From a bacterium (GTDB lineage Bacteria > Actinomycetota > Acidimicrobiia > Acidimicrobiales > Bin134): a stretch of DNA of 64,000 nt. Position 1 is the stretch's first letter, and each line of letters opens with the position of its first letter. Positions 45,789 to 58,281 of the stretch are shown piece after piece. Made by a program: the position numbers and the translations under genes. The stretch spans positions 92,803 through 156,802 of the forward strand of contig JAPOTT010000032.1 of assembly GCA_026709025.1 (NCBI GenBank). Reading direction: 5' to 3'. The notes under the pieces are model-generated. The model made no database searches and was not told where the DNA came from. It was given only the letters and a program-made list of their open reading frames with translations.

Positions 45789-45836
45789 CCCTCGCAGCCA
45801 ACCTATATTGGGCTATATAGAGGGGCAGCACACAGG

Positions 45837-46096
45837 TCAGCTTAAAGTGGCTGAGTCGCTCAACAAAGAGACGCTGTCGTGAGCTATCTCCACAAAGCCG
45901 CGCTCCACGGCGATGGTGGTTTTAGCTCCGTCAGTGGTATAAACCCTGATATCGCCGGGTATTAGCACCCCCAAAAAGGGCACATGACCGGGTTGAAAGG
46001 CAATCTCTCCGTCTGTGGTACGCGCCACCACCATCTCGGCTTCACCCTCAAACACAACCTTCTCAGGCGAGACAAGCTCCACAGCTAAAGCCACCA

Positions 46097-46097
<1 letters not shown>
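45837..46097 (-). CDS. atpC: F1 ATP synthase epsilon subunit, short form (beta-sandwich domain only)
   Basis: 86 aa, immediately after atpD with an overlapping GTG start. The pattern is 'VSPEKVVFEGEAEMVVARTTDGEIAFQPGHVPFL'. It stops where the C-terminal helical hairpin would normally begin. Confidence 0.8.
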
Positions 46098-47575
<1,478 letters not shown>

Positions 47576-47615
47576 TTATCGCTTTGTTGGCTAGGCCCTA
47601 TAGATTCCGATTTCG

Positions 47616-48572
47616 TTAGCTGGACTGGCCAGCCACAGAGGCCAGATAACTAGCCACATCATTGTCTGTGAGGTGATCCATGCCATCGTCTTTGAGGGCC
47701 TCAGCACCGCCAACAATCTCCATGATCTCGGTGGTGATGGCATCTTGGCGGGCTCGGTTCATGGCCCGCGTGAGCTTGGTGATTAGCTCTTCAGCATTAT
47801 CTGTAGCCGCTTTCATGGCTCGCTGACGGTTGGCATGTTCTGATGCCGCAGCATCCAACAAGGCCGAAAAGAGCCGCGACTCCACATAGCGAGGCAATAA
47901 AGACTCCAACACACCCTCCGGGGAGGGCTCAAACTCAAAAGCAGCCCGAGGCTCACCCGAACCAGAGGTGGCGATCACCTCAATGCTCTCTAAAGGCAAA
48001 AAGCGCCGCACAGCTACCCGCTGCGTGCCGATGGTAACAAACTCCATGTATGCCAGAATCACCTCGTCGATGTAGCCGCTCTCAAACTTTTCGGCAACCA
48101 CCTCTGCTACCTGTCGTGCATCTTCATAGGTAGGGGTGTCGCTCATGTCAACAAACGCCTCATCCACCCGGTAATTACGAAAACGAAAGTAATCCTGAGC
48201 CTTCTTGCCGATAAGCATCAACGAGTAGTCGCGCCCTTTGGTCTGTGCATCCATCAACTCTCGCTCAGCAGCCTTAATTACCGAGCTGTTGTAAGGCCCT
48301 GCTAAACCCCTATCTGAGGTGATGACCACAAACCCCACGCGGCGCACCGTTGCACGCCGCTCTAAAAGCGGGTGGGTTGCTTCGGCCCCACCAGCAGCCA
48401 CATCCTCAATCACACCGGTTAGCTTGGTGGAATAGGGCCTAGCTGCGTGGGCTCTTTGCTGCGCCTTCACCACTCTGGTAGCTGCAATCAGCTCCATAGC
48501 ACGGGTGATCTTTTTGGTGGACTGCACCGACGAAATGCGCCGCCGCAGAGCCCGTTCTTGACCACCCGGCAC
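47616..48572 (-). CDS. atpG: F1 ATP synthase gamma subunit
   Basis: 318 aa. The N-terminus reads 'RRRISSVQSTKKITRAMELIAATR' and the C-terminus reads 'ITTEIMEIVGGAEAL'. Confidence 0.95.
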   Translation of the reverse strand: MPGGQERALRRRISSVQSTKKITRAMELIAATRVVKAQQRAHAARPYSTKLTGVIEDVAAGGAEATHPLLERRATVRRVGFVVITSDRGLAGPYNSSVIKAAERELMDAQTKGRDYSLMLIGKKAQDYFRFRNYRVDEAFVDMSDTPTYEDARQVAEVVAEKFESGYIDEVILAYMEFVTIGTQRVAVRRFLPLESIEVIATSGSGEPRAAFEFEPSPEGVLESLLPRYVESRLFSALLDAAASEHANRQRAMKAATDNAEELITKLTRAMNRARQDAITTEIMEIVGGAEALKDDGMDHLTDNDVASYLASVAGQSS

Positions 48573-48575
48573 TGC

Positions 48576-50201
48576 TTAAACCTCGTCAGAACGCTGAATA
48601 TCGGTTTCAGGCAGCGTGTGGTCTGCGTCCACCAAACCAGCTTCAGCAGTAGCTTGAGCCTCAGCATCGGGTTCATCGCCTTCAGGTACTACAGATGATT
48701 CAAACTGTGCTGCAAAAGCCGCAACCGCAGCTTGCAGCGCTTGTTCATCTACCGAACCAGTCTGTGCTACCGCGTCTAGGAGATCGCCATTGCGAGCCCG
48801 TACCCACTCCAACAGTTCCGACTCAAAACGAGCTACATCCTCCACAGGAATATTGTCTAGGTAGCCACGAGTGCCCGCATATAACGACACAACTTGTTCT
48901 TGTACCGCAATGGGAGACTGAATGCCCTGCTTGAGTAGCTCTGTAAGGCGATAACCCCGATCCAGCTGGGCTTGGGATACAGCATCTAGATCAGAGCCAA
49001 AAGCAGCAAAGGCTTCTAGCTCGCGGAACTGTTGCAGATCGGCCTTGAGAGTACCTACTGCAGTTTTCATGGCGCTAACTTGCGCTGCTGACCCCACACG
49101 AGAAACCGAGATACCCACATCCACTGCGGGTCGCACACCAGACTTAAACAAGTCGTCCTGTAAAAATATCTGCCCGTCGGTAATGGAGATTACGTTGGTG
49201 GGAATGTACGCAGATACATCGCCTGCTTTGGTTTCAATGATAGGCAAAGCCGTGAGAGAGCCCGCCCCCCGTTCGTCGCTGAGCTTGGCAGCCCGCTCTA
49301 GCAGGCGGCTGTGTAGGTAGAAGACATCGCCCGGATATGCTTCGCGCCCCGGCGGGCGGCGCAACAAAAGTGCCATCTGCCGGTACGCCTCAGCCTGCTT
49401 GGATAAGTCGTCATACACCGCTAGGGCGTGGCCACCGTTGTCCATCCAATGCTGTCCCATGGCACAGCCCGCATAGGGAGCCAAGTACTTGAACGGCGCA
49501 GGGTCTGAAGCAGGGGCAACCACCACAACCGTGTATTCCATGGCACCCCGCTCAGCTAGAGTGGCAACTGCTTGGGCCACCGTGGAAGCCTTTTGTCCAA
49601 TGGCGACATACACGCACTTCACGCCTTGGCCCTTTTGGTTCAAGATGGTGTCTAGCGCCACAGTTGTCTTGCCAGTTTTGCGGTCGCCGATAATCAGCTC
49701 CCTTTGACCTCGGCCGATGGGGATAAGCGAATCAATAGCTTTGATACCGGTTTGAATAGGCTCATGAACAGGCTTTCGGCCAGTAATACCCGGTGCTTGC
49801 ACCTCCATACGGCGGGTGTCAGCGCCAGCTATCGGGCCTTTGCCATCCACTGGCTCCCCGAGAGCGTTCACCACCCTACCTAGCAAGGCATCCCCCACCG
49901 GTACGGCCAAGATTTCGCCGGTGGAACGCACGGCTTGGCCTTCTTCAATCTCATCCACCTCACCTAGCACCACAGCGCCGATGGAGTCCTCATCTAGGTT
50001 CAATGCCAACCCGATGGTTCCGTTTTGGAACTCCAACATCTCGTTCACTGCAGCCCCGGGCAACCCAGAAATGCGGGCAATGCCGTCGCCCACTTCGGTG
50101 ATCCGCCCTACCTGAGCTTGCTCCACATCTGGGTGAAAGCCCTCTAGATTGCGGCGGATAGCCTCAGCGATGGTGCCAGTGTCTATGGTCAACTCTGCCA
50201 T
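48576..50201 (-). CDS. atpA: F1 ATP synthase alpha subunit
   Basis: Walker A is 'GDRKTGKTT'. The protein is 541 aa with an acidic C-terminal tail. Confidence 0.97.
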   Translation of the reverse strand: MAELTIDTGTIAEAIRRNLEGFHPDVEQAQVGRITEVGDGIARISGLPGAAVNEMLEFQNGTIGLALNLDEDSIGAVVLGEVDEIEEGQAVRSTGEILAVPVGDALLGRVVNALGEPVDGKGPIAGADTRRMEVQAPGITGRKPVHEPIQTGIKAIDSLIPIGRGQRELIIGDRKTGKTTVALDTILNQKGQGVKCVYVAIGQKASTVAQAVATLAERGAMEYTVVVVAPASDPAPFKYLAPYAGCAMGQHWMDNGGHALAVYDDLSKQAEAYRQMALLLRRPPGREAYPGDVFYLHSRLLERAAKLSDERGAGSLTALPIIETKAGDVSAYIPTNVISITDGQIFLQDDLFKSGVRPAVDVGISVSRVGSAAQVSAMKTAVGTLKADLQQFRELEAFAAFGSDLDAVSQAQLDRGYRLTELLKQGIQSPIAVQEQVVSLYAGTRGYLDNIPVEDVARFESELLEWVRARNGDLLDAVAQTGSVDEQALQAAVAAFAAQFESSVVPEGDEPDAEAQATAEAGLVDADHTLPETDIQRSDEV

Positions 50202-50234
50202 GTTGCTCCTCGTTAGAAAACTCTGCTTTGGGGA

Positions 50235-50759
50235 CTACATGGAGTCCCGTAGCTGACTCAGGCGATGGCGCACCGAGCCGTCTATCACCTCATCGCCGAT
50301 GGTGGCTATAACCCCACCCATAACGCTGGGATCCACGATCACCTTCACATCAACCTGATGTCCAGTGGCTGCGCTAAGGGCTGACACCAATCGCTGGGTC
50401 TGGTCTTGAGTCAAAGCCACTGCTGCACGCACCTCGGCAACCGAGCGACCCCGATCCTTAGCATTCAACTCCACGGTGTGTTGCGCGATACCAGCAATAT
50501 CCGCAGACCGACCCGAAGCCACGATCATGGAAACCATTGCCGTGGTGGTATCTGAGGCTTGTCCACCCAAAAGGTCTTCCACAATCTGCTGGCGACGCGC
50601 AGCGGGGATCTGGCGGTCAGCTAAAGTCATCCGCAGCTCATCGGAGTGCTCAATGGCTCTCGCAACCCTGAACAACTCATCAGACACCATGTCTAAGTTG
50701 CCTTCAGCGCGCGCTACCGCGGCTACTGCGTTGGCATAGCTAGCTGATCGCTCAGACAT
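50235..50759 (-). CDS. atpH: F1 ATP synthase delta subunit (OSCP)
   Basis: The start at 'MSERSASYANA' is 4 nt after the atpF stop. The C-terminus 'GGVIATIGDEVIDGSVRHRL' is delta-like. The ORF maximum is 50807. Confidence 0.85.
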   Translation of the reverse strand: MSERSASYANAVAAVARAEGNLDMVSDELFRVARAIEHSDELRMTLADRQIPAARRQQIVEDLLGGQASDTTTAMVSMIVASGRSADIAGIAQHTVELNAKDRGRSVAEVRAAVALTQDQTQRLVSALSAATGHQVDVKVIVDPSVMGGVIATIGDEVIDGSVRHRLSQLRDSM

Positions 50760-50763
50760 CAAC

Positions 50764-51797
<1,034 letters not shown>

Positions 51798-52565
51798 CTA
51801 GTGTTCGGGATGTAGGGATCCGCTGATGTACACAGCGGTGAGAATGGTGAAAACAAAGGCTTGAAGAGCTGAGACGAATATCTCAAACGCTGTAATCAAG
51901 ATAAGGGCGAAAAACGGTAGGGCCGAGGGAATGAACCCGGCTCCCCAAAGCGCTGCAGATAGAACCGCGAAAGCCACCAGCAGTAAGTGACCGGCCACCA
52001 TGTTTGCCCAAAGTCGCACGGCCAGCGACAGTGGCCGAATCAAGATGATCTGAATCAACTCAATAGGGGTAACAAGTATATACAAAAACTTAGGCACACC
52101 CGGCGGAAACAGCGATGCCTTAATGTACCCAAAGAAACCTTGAGCCCTGATTCCAACAACATGGTAAACACCCCACACAACTAATGCCAGAACCAGTGGC
52201 ATCGCCATGCGCGAGTTGGCTGGGAACTGAAAAATAGGAATGACCCCGAAAATGTTACTAAAAAATATGAAAAAGAACAGGGTAGTCAAAAAGGGCAAAA
52301 AGCGACGACCTTCGGGGCCGATGGTCTGCATGACGATGTTGTTTTCAACAAACTCAATGCCAGCTTCAGCCACAGATTGAGCACCGGTTGGCACCAAAGC
52401 GGCACGGCGACCAGCAACCCAAAACAAACCAGCAGTTAGAAGCAACGCCAAGACGTGGATGAGACCTGTTTTGTTGAGGGCTAGCGGGGTGTCAGTGAAC
52501 AGAAAATCAGGCCATTGAAACAGATGCGTAACCGGCGGGAACTCCAAAGCCAATACTTGACTCAC
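51798..52565 (-). CDS. atpB: Fo ATP synthase a subunit
   Basis: 255 aa. 'LSLAVRLWANMVAGH' contains the essential Arg motif. Confidence 0.92.
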   Translation of the reverse strand: MSQVLALEFPPVTHLFQWPDFLFTDTPLALNKTGLIHVLALLLTAGLFWVAGRRAALVPTGAQSVAEAGIEFVENNIVMQTIGPEGRRFLPFLTTLFFFIFFSNIFGVIPIFQFPANSRMAMPLVLALVVWGVYHVVGIRAQGFFGYIKASLFPPGVPKFLYILVTPIELIQIILIRPLSLAVRLWANMVAGHLLLVAFAVLSAALWGAGFIPSALPFFALILITAFEIFVSALQAFVFTILTAVYISGSLHPEH

Positions 52566-52613
52566 GAAAACATCACCTCAGCCAAGTTCTGTCGCAACAT
52601 ACATTGTTGAAGT

Positions 52614-53078
52614 TCACGAGCGGACTCCTTGTGGCTTCAAGCCAGGATATGCAAGAGACATGGATACGTAGCGGGTCTCCCAAACCAACAACACAATATG
52701 CGCCGCGACAAGGGTGATGACAAATGGCAGAGCATCAAACCAAGCAATATTTCTCACTAGGAAGTAGGCACCGGTCAAAATGCCGAGGCGAATGAAGTAG
52801 CCGCCTAGCACAGCAGCCATCAACAGCGTGGCCGAAATCCGCAGCGACCAGGTAATAAGTGAGGCTGCTAACCAAAAGTTAACCAAGATCAAGCCCAAGG
52901 CGTACCCGCTAGACCACAATCCGTCCCAACCCCATATCCCCGTGCATACACCCACCAGCACCGGGCCACCAATCAAGCCACGGCGCACCATATCTAAAGC
53001 CAAATCCCGCTCTGGGGTCTGCTGCTGTACGGCCTGTTGGTCGGCTGCCTGCTCGGCTGGGTCTGCCTGCTCAATCAC
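52614..53078 (-). CDS. atpI: AtpI-like small membrane protein (ATP synthase protein I family candidate)
   Basis: 154 aa with 4 hydrophobic helices, positioned immediately upstream of atpB. Confidence 0.5.
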   Translation of the reverse strand: MIEQADPAEQAADQQAVQQQTPERDLALDMVRRGLIGGPVLVGVCTGIWGWDGLWSSGYALGLILVNFWLAASLITWSLRISATLLMAAVLGGYFIRLGILTGAYFLVRNIAWFDALPFVITLVAAHIVLLVWETRYVSMSLAYPGLKPQGVRS

Positions 53079-53485
53079 CCGCAGCCCCTCATAGCAGCAG
53101 GTTCTTTTTCAGGTTCAGCCTCTCCATGCCCCAGAGCACGTGTACGCCCAAGATGGTCGGCTTCAGTCTGGCTTACATCACGCTGGCCAACCTCTTGATA
53201 GCTAGCCTCGTAGCGGTAGCTGGGCAGGGCTTGATCGTAACGAGCCATGCGTTCAGAGTATGTGTGAAATGCCTTCCAGCCTGCGTAGATGGCAGTCATT
53301 ATTCCCAACAGCAGCGCAAACAGTGGCTTGGTGCCCAAAGCCCTGTCGATGAGCCAACCAAAGAACCCAAACAACGCGGGTGTGGCAACTAACTCAAAAG
53401 CAGCCGACAGGGCATCGCCAGCGCGGTAACTTTGTTGGTTTTGTGCAGCTTGGTTGTGGCTGTGCTGCGTGGTTGCAGATGGCAC
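53075..53485 (-). CDS. AtpZ-like / ATPase_gene1-type small membrane protein
   Basis: The two-helix core is 'ELVATPALFGFFGWLIDRALGTKPLFALLLGIMTAIYAGWKAF'. The stop overlaps the next start. Confidence 0.45.
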   Translation of the reverse strand: MPSATTQHSHNQAAQNQQSYRAGDALSAAFELVATPALFGFFGWLIDRALGTKPLFALLLGIMTAIYAGWKAFHTYSERMARYDQALPSYRYEASYQEVGQRDVSQTEADHLGRTRALGHGEAEPEKEPAAMRGCG

Positions 53486-53540
53486 TAGTAGTTCAAGATT
53501 CCTGTGGCAAGCGGATTGGCCTTTGCGTGAATGCTAGCGC

Positions 53541-54647
53541 TTAGTTAGCACGGCGACGCAACACGGGGTGAAACACCGTATAGAGCATCAACACCAGCGC
53601 CGCCGCCACAGGCAAAACGATGGCCTCACCAGCACCTGTATAGGTGGGATAAAGCACCAACGTAGACATCAACCCAGTAAACAACCAAAGAATTAACACG
53701 CTCCGGCGATGGCCGTGTCCCAGCCTCATCAACCGGTGATGCAGGTGTTCTTTATCTGGAGCTGTGATGCTGGTGCGGGCTCTAGTGCGCCGCAGCACCG
53801 TCCAAAGCACATCCACCACCGGCACCGCCAAAATAATGAGCGGAATCAGCATGGGAGCAAACAAAAAGTAGGTCTGCCCCGTAAAGGGCTCGCTGGAGCG
53901 TCCCCCTACCGAAACCGTGGAAGCAACCAGCAATGTGCCCAAAAACAACGCTCCACCGTCACCCATGAAAATACGGGCCCGGTGGAAGTTCTGCGGCAAA
54001 AACCCCAGCGCTACCCCGCTGGCAATGATGGCGATTAGCGGCCCGATGTTGTTGGACAACAAAACCTCAGAATCGCTGAGCTTGATGGAGTAGGCAAAAA
54101 AGGTTATGCCAGCAATAGCCACTATGCCCGCAGCTAAACCGTCTAGCCCGTCAATCAGGTTGATGGCGTTCACGATGGCTAACAGCCACAACACCGTTAC
54201 AACAAAGGCCAGATCTTGCGACAAGATCAACGCATCCAAAACAGGTAAGCGCAAGTTCAATATGGTGACCCCAGCGAAGGCCAACACGCTGCCAGCTAGC
54301 ACCATGGCAGCCACCTTGGCGGGTGCCGACATTTCACGTACATCGTCATAAGTGCCACACACCACCATCACCAACCCCGCTATCACAATGCCTACCGGCT
54401 CAGATGCCGTGGCAAACACCACATCAAAGTCGCTCATGAACCACGCCACACCCATAGCCACAACAAAGCCGATAAACATGGCTACCCCGCCCAACACGGC
54501 AGTTGCTTGGGTGTGTACCCGTCTAGCATCGGGCTCAGCCATGATGCCCATGCGCTCGCTAATGCGACGCATAACCGGTGTGGCCACCAACGTCACCGCA
54601 ACAGCCACCCCAAAAATTACAAGGTAGCTGCTAATGCTGGGAGCCAC
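53541..54647 (-). CDS. wecA: Undecaprenyl-phosphate GlcNAc-1-phosphate transferase (WecA/Rfe, MraY family)
   Basis: 368 aa and polytopic, with 'NAINLIDGLDGLAAG' and 'FMGDGGALFLG'. Its position before the atp operon is conserved in actinobacteria. Confidence 0.88.
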   Translation of the reverse strand: MAPSISSYLVIFGVAVAVTLVATPVMRRISERMGIMAEPDARRVHTQATAVLGGVAMFIGFVVAMGVAWFMSDFDVVFATASEPVGIVIAGLVMVVCGTYDDVREMSAPAKVAAMVLAGSVLAFAGVTILNLRLPVLDALILSQDLAFVVTVLWLLAIVNAINLIDGLDGLAAGIVAIAGITFFAYSIKLSDSEVLLSNNIGPLIAIIASGVALGFLPQNFHRARIFMGDGGALFLGTLLVASTVSVGGRSSEPFTGQTYFLFAPMLIPLIILAVPVVDVLWTVLRRTRARTSITAPDKEHLHHRLMRLGHGHRRSVLILWLFTGLMSTLVLYPTYTGAGEAIVLPVAAALVLMLYTVFHPVLRRRAN

Positions 54648-54704
54648 GACTTGATGATTGCTAGAAGCTGCGGTTAGACGAGAAGCTGCGGTTAGACCGT
54701 TGCC

Positions 54705-55955
54705 CTAGCTTGGCAGCTCGTAAGGTCTAAACCGCCCGCAAAGTTTAGCTACCTCTGCGCGCACCTCGTGTGCAACACCTTCATCTTTGTGCTGGCGCAA
54801 AGTGCGTCCAATCAAATCGGCAATCTTGCCCATCTCAGCGGGGCCCATGCCCTGCGTAGTGGTAGCAGGCGTGCCGATTCGCAGCCCGCTGGTCACAAAG
54901 GGCGAGCGTTCGTCATCGGGAACGGTGTTCTTGTTGAGGGTGATGCCCGCGCTATCCAAAACCTCCTGAGCTTGCTTGCCGGTGAGCTCGGTATCAAAGC
55001 TGCGTAAGTCCAACAGCAGCAGGTGATTGTCGCTGCCGCCAGACACCAAGCGAAAACCTGCCTCAGCTAAGCCCTTGCCCAAATCTGCACTGTTTTGGAC
55101 GATCTTTTTGGCATAGTCGGCAAACTCTGGCGTAGCTGCCTCAGCGAAGGCCACCGCCTTAGCTGCTATGGCGTGTTCTAAGGGGCCACCCTGTAGTCCT
55201 GGAAATATGGCCTTGTCTATGGCTGAGGCCAGCTCTGCAGTACACAAGATGGCACCCCCGCGCGGGCCGCGCAGCGTCTTGTGGGTAGTAAAAGTAACGA
55301 TGTCAGCATGGGGCACCGGGCTCGGATGGGCACCTCCAGCAATGAGCCCTGCAATGTGGGCTGCATCAAACATGTACAGCGCTCCCACTTCATCGGCGAT
55401 AGCCCGAAATGGTGCTGGATCAATGGTGCGGGAATAGGTGGTTGCCCCAGCCACGATGAGCTTGGGGCGGTGTTCTAGAGCTAAATCCCTCACCTGGTTG
55501 TAGTCAATGCGCTCATCGCTTGCGGTTACACCGTATGCCACAAAGTTGTAGTTGCGTCCGCTTATGTTTACCGGCGAACCGTGGGTGAGATGCCCGCCAT
55601 GATCCAAGCTCATCCCCAAAACGGTGTCGCCTGCCTCTAACACCGCCAAATAGGCCGCTAAGTTGGCGTTGGCCCCAGAGTGAGGCTGCACGTTGGCATG
55701 ATCTGCACCAAACAGCTCTTTGAGTCGTTGCTGGGCGATGGACTCCACCTCATCTATCACCATGTTGCCGCCGTAGTAACGCCGCCCCGGATAGCCCTCG
55801 CTGTATTTGTTGGTAAGCACCGAACCGGATGCCCGCAACACCGCCGGGGATGCAAAGTTTTCTGAAGCGATGAGCTGAATGGTGTTGTTTTGGCGTTCCA
55901 CCTCGCGACTGATCATCTCAAACACCGGGTCGTTGCTGCTGTCTGGCCACATCAT
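54705..55955 (-). CDS. glyA: Serine hydroxymethyltransferase
   Basis: 416 aa with 'ELIASENF' and the PLP-Lys motif '[12 protein letters not shown]'. Confidence 0.97.
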   Translation of the reverse strand: MMWPDSSNDPVFEMISREVERQNNTIQLIASENFASPAVLRASGSVLTNKYSEGYPGRRYYGGNMVIDEVESIAQQRLKELFGADHANVQPHSGANANLAAYLAVLEAGDTVLGMSLDHGGHLTHGSPVNISGRNYNFVAYGVTASDERIDYNQVRDLALEHRPKLIVAGATTYSRTIDPAPFRAIADEVGALYMFDAAHIAGLIAGGAHPSPVPHADIVTFTTHKTLRGPRGGAILCTAELASAIDKAIFPGLQGGPLEHAIAAKAVAFAEAATPEFADYAKKIVQNSADLGKGLAEAGFRLVSGGSDNHLLLLDLRSFDTELTGKQAQEVLDSAGITLNKNTVPDDERSPFVTSGLRIGTPATTTQGMGPAEMGKIADLIGRTLRQHKDEGVAHEVRAEVAKLCGRFRPYELPS

Positions 55956-56410
55956 GGCTGTTCCTTCCTTATGGGCAAAATGGCATCTATTTTGGCTACG
56001 CGCGCAACGTGTCGGCCACCCTCAAAGGATGCCCCCAAAAAAGCATCAAGAGCTTCTATGGCCGCTGTGCTGCCAACAAGCCGCTCTCCTATGCAGATCA
56101 CATTAGCGTTGTTATGCTCGCGGGCTAAGCGTGCCGATGTTACATCATGCACTGTGGCAGCTCGCACGCCAGGCACCTTGTTTGCCGCCATGGCAATGCC
56201 GATACCGGTTCCGCACACACACAGCCCAACTTCAGCCTCAGCTTCGGTTACCTTGCGAGCCACAGCCTCGGCGTAGTCCGGGTAATCCACCCTATCTGTG
56301 TTGTGGGTGCCGCAATCTGTCACCTCATGGCCTAGTTCTCTCAAGTGGGCAACAAGCATGTTCTTCAAATGCACGCCTGCATGGTCGGCCCCAGCTGCAA
56401 TTCGCTCCAT
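55952..56410 (-). CDS. rpiB: Ribose-5-phosphate isomerase B
   Basis: 152 aa with 'GADHAG' and '[13 protein letters not shown]'. Confidence 0.93.
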   Translation of the reverse strand: MERIAAGADHAGVHLKNMLVAHLRELGHEVTDCGTHNTDRVDYPDYAEAVARKVTEAEAEVGLCVCGTGIGIAMAANKVPGVRAATVHDVTSARLAREHNNANVICIGERLVGSTAAIEALDAFLGASFEGGRHVARVAKIDAILPIRKEQP

Positions 56411-56521
56411 GAAAAAGCAATTTTATCTGAGCCCGTGTGGAATTGGCTATACCTGCTGATAGCTGATTCTCCGATGGACTCCCCCACCCCTGGCGCTTCA
56501 TGGCGCGTATCATGTTCCTGT

Positions 56522-57049
56522 ATGGCCGACAAACACATCTACATCATCGCCGGACCAAACGGCGCTGGAAAGACCACGTTTGCGATACACCATCTAGCAA
56601 GCAGGGTGCCTACTCTGCACTTTGTGAATGCCGACCTAATAGCTGCTGGTTTGTCGCCGCTTGATCGCGGCGCAGGCATGGAAGCTACAGCAGGCAGATT
56701 GATGCTTGAAGAAATCAATCGTCTAGCTGCACAAGGGCGAAGTTTTGCATTCGAAACGACCCTGGCAGGCCGAAGCTACCTGAGGCGCATTGAGCAATGG
56801 CGACGCGACGGGTATAGGGTGCTATTGATGTATCTGATGCTTGATAGCCCGCAGGATGCTATGCAACGGGTTGAACAACGTATCAGACAAGGGGGCCATG
56901 GGGTTCCCGAACCAGTGATTCTTCGGCGCTTCTATGCAGGGCTACAGAACTTACGTGAGTTCTACATTGGTAAGGTTGATGAATGGATGGTGTTTGACAA
57001 CTCAAGATCGATGCCGGTTCTTATAGCACAAGGCACGAACAATGACTGA
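56522..57049 (+). CDS. Zeta-toxin-like / COG4185-type P-loop kinase
   Basis: 'MADKHIYIIAGPNGAGKTTF' is the Walker A region, followed by 'FAFETTLAG'. The size is about 176 aa. An alternative start is the ATG at 56474. The track ORF start at 56345 overlaps rpiB. Confidence 0.68.
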   Translation: MADKHIYIIAGPNGAGKTTFAIHHLASRVPTLHFVNADLIAAGLSPLDRGAGMEATAGRLMLEEINRLAAQGRSFAFETTLAGRSYLRRIEQWRRDGYRVLLMYLMLDSPQDAMQRVEQRIRQGGHGVPEPVILRRFYAGLQNLREFYIGKVDEWMVFDNSRSMPVLIAQGTNND

Positions 57050-57293
57050 GCACCACGATACCGAAAATACTAAACCTCACACCAATTCTATATCGCTAAG
57101 CGGCGATGAACTAGCAGAATCTATCTTGCAGTCGTTATGGCTCGCCGCCAAACACGCACACCTTGTTGCATATCAAACAGGCACAGGCGTGGTAACAAAA
57201 CACAACGGCAAAATGGCAGTTGTACCTCCCGACCCGGCCATGTACGAAGACCTAATCCCTCCGCCCTTCCAACCCAACAACCAAGAAGAATAA
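57042..57293 (+). CDS. Small hypothetical protein translationally coupled to the zeta-like gene (candidate cognate antitoxin)
   Basis: 83-aa ORF. Its ATG overlaps the upstream stop by 8 nt (ATGACTGA). I recognise no family. Confidence 0.4.
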   Translation: MTEHHDTENTKPHTNSISLSGDELAESILQSLWLAAKHAHLVAYQTGTGVVTKHNGKMAVVPPDPAMYEDLIPPPFQPNNQEE

Positions 57294-57501
57294 ACCCCAC
57301 CAATTAGATTCTCTCAGACACTTCACCAAACAGTACCTGCATGTCATACAAATACATTTCACCCAACGCAGTACGCATGTCCAACAGCCACATTTTGCAT
57401 GAATTGAAGCAGTTACTGTATCTATGGAAAGCGGGCCACGCTTACTATGGTAATGAATACTTTGATCGGAGTGAATCCAATCTGTCTCGCATATAAATTA
57501 T

Positions 57502-57936
57502 CTACAAGATCTCGTCTGGCCGGTGCATGAAAGGGTTAACCACTGTTACGGCATCGATGCGTTGAGCATCTTGGAGGTCCTCAGTCAACAGATACCTACA
57601 ACTAGCAGCCTGCGCTGTTGCTACAATCAGACAATCCCAATATGCGAAACCAAAACTGTCTTCAACTGCGAACGCCGCAGATAGGATTGCTGTGCTAATC
57701 GCAACCGGCACCCATGCATGGAAATCTTCAATATCAGCGCGAGCATCTTGTGCAGAAAGCCCTGGATTTAGCTTGCGAGTAACGGTCACATAGTACTCAT
57801 TTAGAACCTGCACACTAATACGGCCCTTTTGTGATGCCCACAACACAGACATCCACTCTTGGGCGCTCTGTTGTTTAACTGGCTCAGACAAATCGCGAGC
57901 GTAAACTAGCACATTGGTATCAACAAACACGCTCAT
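57502..57936 (-). CDS. vapC: PIN-domain toxin VapC
   Basis: 144 aa with 'MSVFVDTNVLVYARD' and 'WDCLIVATA'. Acidic residues are spaced as in PIN domains. Confidence 0.85.
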   Translation of the reverse strand: MSVFVDTNVLVYARDLSEPVKQQSAQEWMSVLWASQKGRISVQVLNEYYVTVTRKLNPGLSAQDARADIEDFHAWVPVAISTAILSAAFAVEDSFGFAYWDCLIVATAQAASCRYLLTEDLQDAQRIDAVTVVNPFMHRPDEIL

Positions 57937-57942
57937 TGTTTG

Positions 57943-58173
57943 TCAGCGTCTGTGTATCTCTTCACGACTTGGTAAAGAATCTGTGCTAGATCGCAGCCTT
58001 TGGGCATCGCGGCCAAAGTAGGACTGATGTGCCCGCTCATAATTATCCGAGTGCGACATCTGCTGTTGAAGCACTTCACCAATAAAACGCGACATGCTCA
58101 TGTCGTTGCACGCAGCCTCAACTCGAACCCAGCGTGCTGTCCTCTCATCTAAACTGATGGTTATGTTTTTCAC
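57943..58173 (-). CDS. vapB: Ribbon-helix-helix antitoxin VapB
   Basis: It starts at the GTG at 58173 and reads 'KNITISLDERTARWVRVEAACNDMSMSRFIGEVL', a CopG/RHH-like pattern. It ends 6 nt before vapC. Confidence 0.7.
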   Translation of the reverse strand: MKNITISLDERTARWVRVEAACNDMSMSRFIGEVLQQQMSHSDNYERAHQSYFGRDAQRLRSSTDSLPSREEIHRR

Positions 58174-58281
58174 GAGATCACAATACCAGTGGTTTCGTGC
58201 AAACTGTAATGTAAATCTCCAAAGCGGTAAAAACATCTCACCTTCTGAACTCACACGAACGCCAGATGAGCGTGTGCGGGC

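Noticed and set aside
57341-57496. 51-aa plus-strand ORF (MSYKYISPNAVRMSNSHILHELKQLLYLWKAGHAYYGNEYFDRSESNLSRI), below the track cut-off, in the AT-rich spacer of the TA islet
   Set aside because: It has no RBS and no recognisable family, and it may be a gene fragment. The evidence is insufficient to call it. It is worth a BLAST only.
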